Assembly (NCBI GenBank): GCA_026770705.1
Contig: JANJGN010000010.1
Coordinates: 168,206,001 to 168,270,000 of the forward strand
Source: Isurus oxyrinchus
Taxonomy: Eukaryota
Reading direction: 5' to 3'
DNA: 64,000 nucleotides
The notes beneath the pieces were generated by a model. It saw only the letters and a list, made by a program, of their open reading frames with translations, did no database searches and was not told where the DNA came from. The position numbers and the translations under genes were made by a program. Numbering within the stretch: position 1 is the first letter of the stretch; each line of letters starts with the position of its first letter. Shown here piece by piece: positions 23,301-34,115 of the stretch.

Positions 23301-26300
23301 ATCCTGACGTGGTCCTCCTGCAGTGGTATAGAGAGAGAGATGTGGTTATCATGGCTGTACTTAGCACCTTTCCTGGCCCTGTGTGACCGCCCCTTAATGC
23401 TTCCCGAAGAGTGCCGGTCACCCCTCGGATGACCAGAGATGAATGAGCTGCATGGCTGCCCTGTCAACCTGTGACATGGGAGGTGACTGGTCCAAACCAG
23501 GATGCTGGGATTGCAAGGGGCTGTGAGCACCTCCAACAGTGACTGCTACATGGTCAGCATTGGCGAGGAGATTGTACAATCTGGAGGGTCGAGACTTGCA
23601 GGGCCCCCGGCCTGCTTTCAGGATCCTGCTTTGTGGCAGTGGCACCCTCCTCGGCCTGTGAAGCTGGAGCTGCTGAGGTTACAGGAAGAGGGGATTTGGA
23701 TGGACCGGGCACTCCCAGAGTCACCTGGGTGGATGGCCGTGGAGTGTGCACCTGCTGATCCTCCTCCCTATGGGTGCCCGAGGGCCCCTGGCTGACTCCA
23801 TGAGCGGAAAGTGTAGCTGGAGTGAGATCGAGCCGCCCAGCACCCCTCTCATGTACACACTGTTGGAGGCCAACTATGGTGTCAGCGATGGAGCTCAGCC
23901 CGTGCAGCAGTGCAGGAGTGAAGTCCTGGACCAAGGTCATCATGACGGCTGCCATCCTGCCAGTGTTGACCTTGGTGCGTTGCAATGCCGGTGCTATCAC
24001 CTCAGCCTGAAGACGGATGGACTCCTCCATCATCCCTTGCAATCTGAGGAGTGCAGCAGACATCCTTTCCTGATGTTCCCGAGCTTGTCTTTGCAACTCC
24101 AGAAACTGTGACATGACCGAGTCCAGAGGGTCATCATCTGACTCGGACTCAGCAATGTTCTGGCCTCCAACAGTCCTGCGAGTGCCGGACACCTGGGAAG
24201 TCCCTGTCTCTGCCTGCTGTGGATCAGAATGTGCGATTTGCTCACCAGATTGTAATCCTGGGATTACTCTAAAGCTCGGTCCCACTGAGGTCTGTCTCTG
24301 CGCTGGTGGAGGGTGTGGGTGAGCACTGTGATGGGACTTCTGGGAGGGTACCTTCATATTCTTCTTCAGCGGTTTTTTCAGAGTTTGCTTGGAGACTTTG
24401 GGTCATGCACTCTGTCTGCAGCTTCCCAGATATGCCTGCGAAAGCAAGGGGAGACAATTAGTGCATGGCAGTAGCCTGTGAAAGAGGACACATCACTCAC
24501 AGCATGGTTGTCTGATGGATGTTGCACTGCTGTATCCTCACTTGGTAGAGCAGCATCGACCTCACCGGCAGCACAGGACCGGTCCTGGTCATCGCCAGCC
24601 AGCTGGATGGCTCTGTTTTCAAACTCTGTCGGAACTTTGAGTTCTGGTCTCCCTCCACCTGTCTGTGACCTTTCCCTCCTGTTGTGAGTCAGTTTGTCCT
24701 GCATGGATAGAGATCGCAAGAGTGTAACAGGACTCCTGCTGGGCCAGATGTTAAGTATACCTGGCCTGTGCGGGTGGTGAGTGGTCCCGTGGACGGGATG
24801 AGGACAATGACGGGGAGTGTGAGACAGTGAATGGTGATGTCCCTTGTACTGGCAGTGAGTGAGCGCCCTGTGGGTATGTGATGGGTTTGAGAGTGTGTAA
24901 GTTGGGAGTGATGAAAAGAATGACTTATCCTGGCAGAATGGAGGAGATCATTCATCCTTTTGTGGCACTGGGTGGCTGTCCTCTTCGGATGGGCGTTGGC
25001 ATTGACCAGCACTGCCACCACCTCCCAAGCCGGGTTGGTGACATTTCTACCCACCCTGCGGCTGGAGCGGGGGTAGAGCACATCCTGGTGAGACTCCACG
25101 GCATCCAGCAGTCGCTCGAGGGACCCGTCATTGAAGCGGGAGGGGGCTGCAGTCTTTTTGCCTTTGCTGGCCATGTCTCCCAGGCAGCGGTGGTGAGCTG
25201 GTGGTGATGAGCACTTTGCTGGCGGCTGCTTTTTAAAGAAGTTGGCTGGTGTGATGGCAAATGGGCGAATGAGAGCCTGTCCGACATGGAAATGGTGTTT
25301 TTCTTGGGAGTGAATAAATAATGAGCCAGCTCGGCGTGAAAACCTACCATTTTCTTCAGCAGGTAGGACTCCATTTTACCCACCTACTACCACACTTAGC
25401 GCAATTCCGGGAAAATTCCACTACTTGTGAATGAGCCTGAGCTGCAAACATGCTTTTCCTGCTCAATTATGATGAACCCTCACATACAGCAGTTCCACAA
25501 TTTCTTTAGTTGAAAACAAAGAAAACTGCGGATGCTGGAAATCTAAAACAAAAACAGAATTACCTGGAAAAACTCAGTAGGTCTGGCAGCATCGGCGGAG
25601 AAGAAAAGAGTTGACGTTTCGAGTCCTCATGACCCTTCGACAGAACTAGTCCTGCAGTAAGTGGCAGGTGTGAGTCACCAGGTCCCTAGACATGCGCAAT
25701 CGTCAGCGACACTGGTTCTCAGTCATCTGCAGGAATGTCAGGCAGCGTCTATAGACCCTGGATGTCGCTAGGTGCCAACCAGACACAGTTCACTGTCAGT
25801 TCTGGGCAGTGTGTGCAGGAGCTCCTGCTGCCTCTTCTTCATGAGGTTACTGCTCCTGCCTTTGCGTGGCCAGGAGCCTCAATCACTCTGCCTTCTCCAC
25901 TCTCTGTAGGCCATCAGGCACACAGCTAGGTCACCAGGATCCATGATCCTGACGTGGTCCTCCTGCAGTGGTATAGAGAGAGAGATGTGGTTATCATGGC
26001 TGTACTTAGCACCTTTCCTGGCCCTGTGTGACCGCCCCTTAATGCTTCCCGAAGAGTGCTGGTCACCCCTCGGATGACCAGAGATGAATGAGCTGCATGG
26101 CTGCCCTGTCAACCTGTGACATGGGAGGTGACTGGTCCAAACCAGGATGCTGGGATTGCAAGGGGCTGTGAGCACCTCCAACAGTGACTGCTACATGGTC
26201 AGCATTGGCGAGGAGATTGTACAATCTGGAGGGTCGAGACTTGCAGGGCCCCCGGCCTGCTTTCAGGATCCTGCTTTGTGGCAGTGGCACCCTCCTCGGC

Positions 26301-28292
26301 CTGTGAAGCTGGAGCTGCTGAGGTTACAGGAAGAGGGGATTTGGATGGACCGGGCACTCCCAGAGTCACCTGGGTGGATGGCCGTGGAGTGTGCACCTGC
26401 TGATCCTCCTCCCTATGGGTGCCCGAGGGCCCCTGGCTGACTCCATGAGCGGAAAGTGTAGCTGGAGTGAGATCGAGCCGCCCAGCACCCCTCTCATGTA
26501 CACACTGTTGGAGGCCAACTATGGTGTCAGCGATGGAGCTCAGCCCGTGCAGCAGTGCAGGAGTGAAGTCCTGGACCAAGGTCATCATGACGGCTGCCAT
26601 CCTGCCAGTGTTGACCTTGGTGCGTTGCAATGCCGGTGCTATCACCTCAGCCTGAAGACGGATGGACTCCTCCATCATCCCTTGCAATCTGAGGAGTGCA
26701 GCAGACATCCTTTCCTGATGTTCCCGAGCTTGTCTTTGCAACTCCAGAAACTGTGACATGACCGAGTCCAGAGGGTCATCATCTGACTCGGACTCAGCAA
26801 TGTTCTGGCCTCCAACAGTCCTGCGAGTGCCGGACACCTGGGAAGTCCCTGTCTCTGCCTGCTGTGGATCAGAATGTGCGATTTGCTCACCAGATTGTAA
26901 TCCTGGGATTACTCTAAAGCTCGGTCCCACTGAGGTCTGTCTCTGCGCTGGTGGAGGGTGTGGGTGAGCACTGTGATGGGACTTCTGGGAGGGTACCTTC
27001 ATATTCTTCTTCAGCGGTTTTTTCAGAGTTTGCTTGGAGACTTTGGGTCATGCACTCTGTCTGCAGCTTCCCAGATATGCCTGCGAAAGCAAGGGGAGAC
27101 AATTAGTGCATGGCAGTAGCCTGTGAAAGAGGACACATCACTCACAGCATGGTTGTCTGATGGATGTTGCACTGCTGTATCCTCACTTGGTAGAGCAGCA
27201 TCGACCTCACCGGCAGCACAGGACCGGTCCTGGTCATCGCCAGCCAGCTGGATGGCTCTGTTTTCAAACTCTGTCGGAACTTTGAGTTCTGGTCTCCCTC
27301 CACCTGTCTGTGACCTTTCCCTCCTGTTGTGAGTCAGTTTGTCCTGCATGGATAGAGATCGCAAGAGTGTAACAGGACTCCTGCTGGGCCAGATGTTAAG
27401 TATACCTGGCCTGTGCGGGTGGTGAGTGGTCCCGTGGACGGGATGAGGACAATGACGGGGAGTGTGAGACAGTGAATGGTGATGTCCCTTGTACTGGCAG
27501 TGAGTGAGCGCCCTGTGGGTATGTGATGGGTTTGAGAGTGTGTAAGTTGGGAGTGATGAAAAGAATGACTTATCCTGGCAGAATGGAGGAGATCATTCAT
27601 CCTTTTGTGGCACTGGGTGGCTGTCCTCTTCGGATGGGCGTTGGCATTGACCAACACTGCCACCACCTCCCAAGCCGGGTTGGTGACATTTCTACCCACC
27701 CTGCGGCTGGAGCGGGGGTAGAGCACATCCTGGTGAGACTCCACGGCATCCAGCAGTCGCTCGAGGGACCCGTCATTGAAGCGGGAGGGGGCTGCAGTCT
27801 TTTTGCCTTTGCTGGCCATGTCTCCCAGGCAGCGGTGGTGAGCTGGTGGTGATGAGCACTTTGCTGGCGGCTGCTTTTTAAAGAAGTTGGCTGGTGTGAT
27901 GGCAAATGGGCGAATGAGAGCCTGTCCGACATGGAAATGGTGTTTTTCTTGGGAGTGAATAAATAATGAGCCAGCTCGGCGTGAAAACCTACCATTTTCT
28001 TCAGCAGGTAGGACTCCATTTTACCCACCTACTACCACACTTAGCGCAATTCCGGGAAAATTCCACTACTTGTGAATGAGCCTGAGCTGCAAACATGCTT
28101 TTCCTGCTCAATTATGATGAACCCTCACATACAGCAGTTCCACAATTTCTTTAGTTGAAAACAAAGAAAACTGCGGATGCTGGAAATCTAAAACAAAAAC
28201 AGAATTACCTGGAAAAACTCAGTAGGTCTGGCAGCATCGGCGGAGAAGAAAAGAGTTGACGTTTCGAGTCCTCATGACCCTTCGACAGAACT
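23003..28292. repeat. Tandem duplication, unit 2645 bp (23003-25647 and 25648-28292)
   Basis: All ORFs repeat at offset 2645; only four differences noticed by eye (23051/25696, 23136/25781, 23415/26060, 25009/27654). Confidence 0.97.
23554..25174 (-). pseudogene. Harbinger Myb/SANT-like DNA-binding protein gene, three exons; second copy at 26199-27819
   Basis: RFNDGSLERLLDAVE...AWEVVAVLVNA..RTATQCHKRMNDL is a Myb/SANT-like (NAIF1/MSANTD-type) domain; exon 2 DKLTHNRRERSQTGGG. The first donor reads ATAAGT where the 36.5-kb homologue has GTAAGT. Confidence 0.85.
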
Positions 28293-28390
28293 AGTTCTGT
28301 CGAAGGGTCATGAGGACTCGAAACGTCAACTCTTTTCTTCTCCGCCGATGCTGCCAGACCTACTGAGTTTTTCCAGGTAATTCTGTTTTT
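28154..28390. mobile_element. Fold-back PLE insertion forming a perfect 202-bp palindrome (28192-28393)
   Basis: 17-bp TSD GTTCCACAATTTCTTTA (28137-28153, 28391-28407); apex GACAGAACT|AGTTCTGTC with no spacer. Confidence 0.92.
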
Positions 28391-29029
28391 GTTCCACAAT
28401 TTCTTTATCCTTGTATCTTGACCTTGCCAAGTGTTGCCCTATTACTTTTCATGTTGCCCCTCCAGGACATTTCAACTGGATTGGGGACGGCTGTAATGAG
28501 ATATTTTTGAGCCATTTTATTTTGTCAGACAACAGTGAAAATCTGCGCCAGTATCGAGCTTGAATTCTGTGGGGTGACCATCAACTTCTATGTTCATGCA
28601 CCAATACTTATTTTCTGTTTCATTAGCTTTTCTTAAGAAAGATTATTTTTTCTGTAACTCTTCCACTTCTTGGATTTTATTGAGTTTTGTTGTTATTTTT
28701 TTCTTCCTATGACCTATCGGAACTTTGGATCTGCAGGCTATTTTAAAATGTCGTAACTTTCCACACTTGTGCCACTCTGCTCCCCCTGCTGGGCATTCCC
28801 CCTGCTTGTGTAGGTTTTTCCTGCACATGGAGAGCATCTCAAGATGGTGATTGTCATGTTTTTTTTCCAGTTTAGCAGGCTTTTGCTTCACTGCACCTTC
28901 TCCTTTTTGTCTGACACACTGAATGGCTTCACTCATTTTCTTCCAAAGAATATCACCTTCCCACAAACAACCGCTCTGTTTTGCTTCCTAAGCTGCGGCC
29001 TGTTGCACTATTTGTACTGCCTTTGTTAT

Positions 29030-29500
29030 ATAGGGCATTGGTAAGACTGCACCTTGAATACTGTGTGCAGGATGTAAATGCGTTGGAGGCGTCAGAGGAG
29101 GTTTACTAGGTTGATACCTGGAATGAGCAAGGGTGTCTTATGAGGAAAGGTTGGACAGACTGGGCTTGTTCCCACTGGGAGTTTAGAAGAGTGAGGGGTG
29201 ACTTGATTGAAGTATAGAACATCCTGAATGTGGAAAGGATGTTTCCTCTTGTGGCTGAGTCCAGAACAAGGGGGTACTGTTTTAAAATTAGAGGTTGGCC
29301 TTTCAGGACAGAGGTGAGGAGAATTTTTTTCTGTCAGAGGGTTGTGCTACTTTGGAACTGTCTGCCTCAGAAGGTGGTGGAGGCAGGGTCATTTAATATT
29401 TTTATGGCAGAGGTAGATAGGCAAGCCAAGATCTTATTGAATGGTGGAGCAGGCTCAAGGGGCCGAATGGCCTCCTTCTGCTCCTATTTCATATGTACAT
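29030..29500 (+). mobile_element. CR1 3' fragment inserted in the Gypsy gag
   Basis: MFPLVAESRTRG..FKIRG..FRTEVRR.FF.QRVV.LWN.LP and tail GGGCCGAATGGCCTCCTTCTGCTCC. Confidence 0.9.
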
Positions 29501-31549
29501 ATGTATGCAAGTATCAGAGTTAAATCTTCCCTCATTTGCAAAAGATATGATATGGTTTCATCCAAGACCCCAACCATTAGACAATCGCATATTAATTCAT
29601 GTCTGAGGATCCCAAGTTGGATTTGTCCGTGAGTCTGGACAGGTCATTTCTAATTGAATCCATAGATTTGCCCGATTTTTGCCTCCTCGTATTAAATTTC
29701 GTTTGCTCAATGATCAAATTCTTTCAAACATTGAAGTATGAATCAAATGCCTGGAGGACTTTCTTATGTAAGTTCGAAGCCTCATTGTTATCCTGTCTAG
29801 CATTAACATCATTTGCTATGCTCCTACTGTACAGAGTAAAGTACTGATCTGATCCTTCAGGTCCTTCTTATGCAAATCTGAAGCTGTTCTGTATCCGGAT
29901 TGTCACTTCTACTTCCAATTGTCCCAATGTTGAGCCTATTGCAAGTCTTCAATGCTTTGAAACAGCACAGGGAGTGGCAATGTAGACTCCATACTTACCC
30001 TTAGCTCTGGATCTGTCGCTGCTTCAGTAGTTTGGCTTGTAGATTGTGATCTATACTCACTGCTGTCTAGACTTCGGGTCTGTGTGTCTGGTTGTATCTG
30101 CAGCACCCACAATGCCCTTTTTTCAGGTGAGTCTTCAATCTTTATTTCTTCTCGTCCTTTTCCCAAGGATTTGTAGGACTTTCAGGTCTGCAGTCTTCTC
30201 TTGGAGTTTTTTTGGGTCTTTACATTCTGTCCACTGCCGTCATGTTTTGTCTTGTGTTCAGGTTATAGATGGGATTGCTTTAGGGTCTGGCTGTTACCCG
30301 AAGACTGTTATCATAGAGTGTTATTCATAAAAACCATTTTTGTTTATTTACAGATCCATGTACATCTCAGTATTTTAGTTGAAGTTGTTATTCTGATTCC
30401 CACCAGATCTCAGTCTCTTAGTTAGGTGATGTTGCATCATAGTTACATCAGTATCAGGTGCTCCTGATGTTAACCTTTGACTCTGCACTATCCATCTTCC
30501 TTTCATCCCGTTTCTCAGCTCTCCTCTTGTAGATTTTCTGTCTCGAACTTAATTTTCATTGAATGCTCAATGTCCTCTCTATTTTAGTACAATTTCAAAA
30601 CTCTCTTCCTGTCTTCAGCTCCACCCTGCTGGCTCCTCATATACTAACAGAGTCTTCCTATGCACTCATTATTCAATCCCCTCACCTGTTGCTCTTTGTA
30701 CTGGCCTGGCTGTCTCTTGCCCCCATAAGCAATATGGCAGTAAAGTAAGGAATTGTTCCCTTAAAAATAATGTTGCTACTTTCTGAGTGAGCTTATACTG
30801 ATCATAAAAGTATTTACTCTCCCATTCCCACTAGATTAATTTCCATTGTTTCCCTGCTACCTGATAAAAAAAACCCTTATATGATATTCAATTGTTCAAT
30901 TTTACTGTGTTTGATTATGTGAGTCTGTTTCCTATTGATGTTCACTGTGCTTGATTGGTTAAGCCTAGATGGACTCAGGATAAAGTAAACAAGCTATAGA
31001 AATTGCTGGAAACAAAGAAACCACAAGCATGGAGCAAAACTTTACAAAAACTGGTGTGTCATCTCTGCATAGCTCCAAGATATAAAATCTACAACAGAAT
31101 GGCAACAAGGATGATGTATCATAATTCCTGCACCTTTCCTTTTTTTACCTGGAGATCCACTCATGCCATGGGATTTAGGGGTTTCAGGATTCAAGACCTT
31201 CTTTCTCGCTGCAGGAATGGACAGTTCAGATGTGGCAGATTTATCTAGTTTGAGCAACAGACTCTACCGTCAGTATTTTTCACAACTTTCAGTCACTCCT
31301 GTGACAGACACTCTGCAAGCTAATGATGACTCAATTATTCTGGTTTTGGGAACAATCACAGCTCTAGTACACCACAAAAATGTTAACCTAGACAGGTTCA
31401 TGTTCTATGTAGCTGAAAGCAGAAGCTTTATAGGGATAAACTTTTCAATATACTTAGCTTCAAACTTGAAGGCTCCGCCAGAGCACAATTTAATGTGATC
31501 AATGACACAGACTGCACACAGCAGTATCATTCCTTATTTGCCTTATTTA

Positions 31550-31920
31550 GGGGAAGATGGTGGCATAGTGGTAGTCAGCTAGTAATCCAGAGGCCCAGGT
31601 TAATGCTCTGGGTAAATAGGTTCAAATCCTATCAATGACAGCTAGTGGAATTTAAATTTGATTAATAAATCTGGAATATAAAGCTAGTCTCAGTAATGGT
31701 GACCATGTAAAAACTCATCTGGCTCACTAATGTCCAATCTGACAACCATGCATAATCTGGCCTACATGTGACTCCAGACCCACAGCAATGTAGTTGATTC
31801 TTAATTATCCTCTGAAATGGCCTAGCAGGTCTCTCAGTTCAAGGACTAATAGGGATGGACAACAAATGCTGGTTTTGTCATTGATGCCCATATCCCATGA
31901 AAAAAATCAAGAAAAAAAAA
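31550..31920 (+). mobile_element. tRNA-derived SINE with a LINE-derived 3' tail
   Basis: Box A-like TGGCATAGTGG, box B-like GGTTCAAATCC; 3' end (AATAGGGATGGACAACAAATGCTGG..GATGCCCATATCCCATGA plus A-tail) matches the 3' end of the minus-strand LINEs at 40835, 48725 and 57303. Confidence 0.8.
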
Positions 31921-33287
31921 CTGGATTTGGAGAGGTTAAGGATTCCTGTCATGATCCTCACGTCGACACATGAAGTCCACCAGTTTTGCAAAATTTGAGA
32001 TGGTTGCCATTTGCAACCTGTGTCACAGGAGCTGAAATGACGAGAAGCAGATGGTTACATTGGACAAATCAACTCATCACTGTCAATATTGAATCTAGCC
32101 ATTGCGCAACTCAAAAATGATGAACTTAAATTATGCGTCGGCCTTAAGGCAGTTAACAAAGCTATCATCCCAGCCAAATGTCCACATTTGATAATCCAAG
32201 AACCATCAGCATCATTTCATGATTCCACAGTCTTCGCAAAGCTCGATATGTGATGGAGATATCTCCAGATACCTCAGAGCAAAGCAGATACCTTACAGTT
32301 TTTGTTCCTCATGAAGGTGCGTTTCAGTACTGCAGAATACCTAATGAACTAAGTTCAGCACCTAGCACATCCAGACGATCATTTCATCAGCCTTGTCTTT
32401 CGTTGAGGGGCCTGTCAACTTATTTAACGACACCATTGCCCATGGAAGGAACAAAGCAGAACATGACCAGCCATTATCAGCGGTGTTCATTTGACTTGCA
32501 GAACACAATTTAACACTCAACAAGGACAAATGCATACTTGCAAATTCCAAGAATGACTTTCTAAGATATAGAGTGACAGCAGATGTAGTAAAACTGACAT
32601 ACAAGAATGTCAAAGCAATTCATGTGCTTCTGGCCCTGTCTAACATGAAAGAGTTGTCATTGTTCCCCGGAACTACCAGTTTTTATAACAAATCTGTTCC
32701 TAAATATGCAGAGATCGCAGAGCCTCTTCAGAAGCTACTGCGCAAAAACGCACAATGAGAATGGAAAATTGCACAGCAAACAACATTTGACACATTATAG
32801 GTGAAGATAGCTCCTCCACCAGCTTTCACACATTTCAACCCACATGTGGAAATGTATGTCACAACAGATGCATCAGGAAATGCATTTGGAGCTGCATCCT
32901 CAAAGTACATTGAAAGAAGTGAACAACCAATCACTTATGTGTCATTACCTTTGTTGGAAACTGAACACAAGCATCTTGCATCTATGCTTGAGAACATTGG
33001 CACATGTATCACTTTCCACAACAATCACTGAATGCTGACTACATTGCTAACTATGTCAGGATCTGATCCTTGACCTCTATGCATCTTCAAATGGTCAGAT
33101 CATCTTCATCAGTACAACTTTGAGGTCGAGTATCTTGCAGCTTTTCACACAACTAAATTGATAACACAGAACCACAACCTCAGATTCGTAGATCTCAGCA
33201 TAATCACCATAGATCTTTGAATCTCAAACACTATTTCTGTACGTAGAGTTTAGCTTGTCTGTTTTCTCGAAGTAATAACTCAATGTA

Positions 33288-34115
33288 CAATAAGTCCTCG
33301 TTTAACGTTGTCCCATTTAATGTTGCTTTGCTTTAATGTTAGCAGGTCAATGGGGCCTGTATCTCATTGAATGTCACATGGTTCATTTTAACATTGTTTC
33401 CCGCGTGACCAGATTGGCACCATTTGTGATCGGTCTCTCCCACATGCTCCCCGACCTCTGAATTGTGGCCTCTCATGCCAAGAAATGCCAAGCTGGGGCT
33501 GCTACAACCCAGGTTTTTTTTTAAAAATGACTGTCAAAGCTGCTCCTGCCTTGCTGCTTTTCTCCCGAGCCCTTGCTCAAAGTACTTCTGCACCATCAGG
33601 ACTCGCATCTTTGGATCAGACCTGGATCATGACCAGGAATGCAAGTCCAGGAGAGGGAAGCAGCAAGTGGTTGAATTAGAGAGTAAGAAGTTTGGGGAAG
33701 GGGAGAGGCGTCAACTTGGTGGTTGGGGAGCAGGAAATGCCACAACTTGGAGGGTTGGGGAGGGGGAGAATCTGCAGCCACCAGGAAGATCAGGGAGTGG
33801 GAGGTTCAGGAAGCAGGATCAGTGGTGAGCATGAGGTACTGTAATTAGAAAGCTACATTTTTCTTTTAAAATAAAATAAGTTAAAAAATATAATTGCTAT
33901 TTCATTTACCAATGTAGGAATTTAGCAATGTGAAATATGCAACTTAGAAGGTGTAATGTTTTAATATTTGTTTTTTTCTGAGAATGAAAGTCCTACAGAA
34001 CCTAACTACAGTTTTAACATTGATTCCTTTGGGAACCAATGTTTCACTTAAAGTCACTTCGCTTAAAGTTGTGATTATTAGGAATGCAACCACAATTTTA
34101 AGTGAGGACTTACTA
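33288..34115. mobile_element. Non-autonomous Tc1/mariner (Tigger/pogo-like) DNA transposon
   Basis: TIRs CAATAAGTCCTCGTTTAA / TTAAGTGAGGACTTACTA flanked by TA on both sides. Confidence 0.75.

Larger units (their letters stand above)
22340..25423 (-). mobile_element. Rearranged PIF/Harbinger transposon inserted in the Gypsy pol
   Basis: Contains a Myb/SANT-like gene and a HARBI1-like transposase; terminus GTGGAATTTTCCCGGAATTGCGCTAAGTGTGGTAGT matches the start of the element at 36041; left TIR missing. Confidence 0.9.
19090..30485 (-). mobile_element. Decayed Ty3/Gypsy LTR retrotransposon hosting nested insertions
   Basis: Related LTR segments at about 19090-20080 and 30310-30485 (ATTTACAGATC.ATGTACATCTCAGTAT; CAGTATCAGGTG..CCTGATG). 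Gag zinc knuckles (28643-28966), protease FKLDTGAD (about 28545-28570), RT IRICVDLTQLN (about 22200), RNase H ADASSTSLGIVLFQ..RPVYYASRSL (21374-21613) and integrase SDNGLQF..HPQSNKEAER (20588-20890), in Gypsy order PR-RT-RH-INT. Confidence 0.92.

Noticed and set aside
23554-27819. Domesticated host genes NAIF1/MSANTD or HARBI1
   Set aside because: Multiple diverged copies inside TIR-bounded elements, with frameshifts, stops and a mutated splice donor: transposon pseudogenes.
8810-28390. Dispersed identical repeats as CRISPR repeats, or recurrent small ORFs (KNRITWKNSAGL / KTELPGKTQQVW) as a peptide family
   Set aside because: They are translations of the non-coding PLE terminus in arbitrary frames; copies are dispersed and have TSDs.
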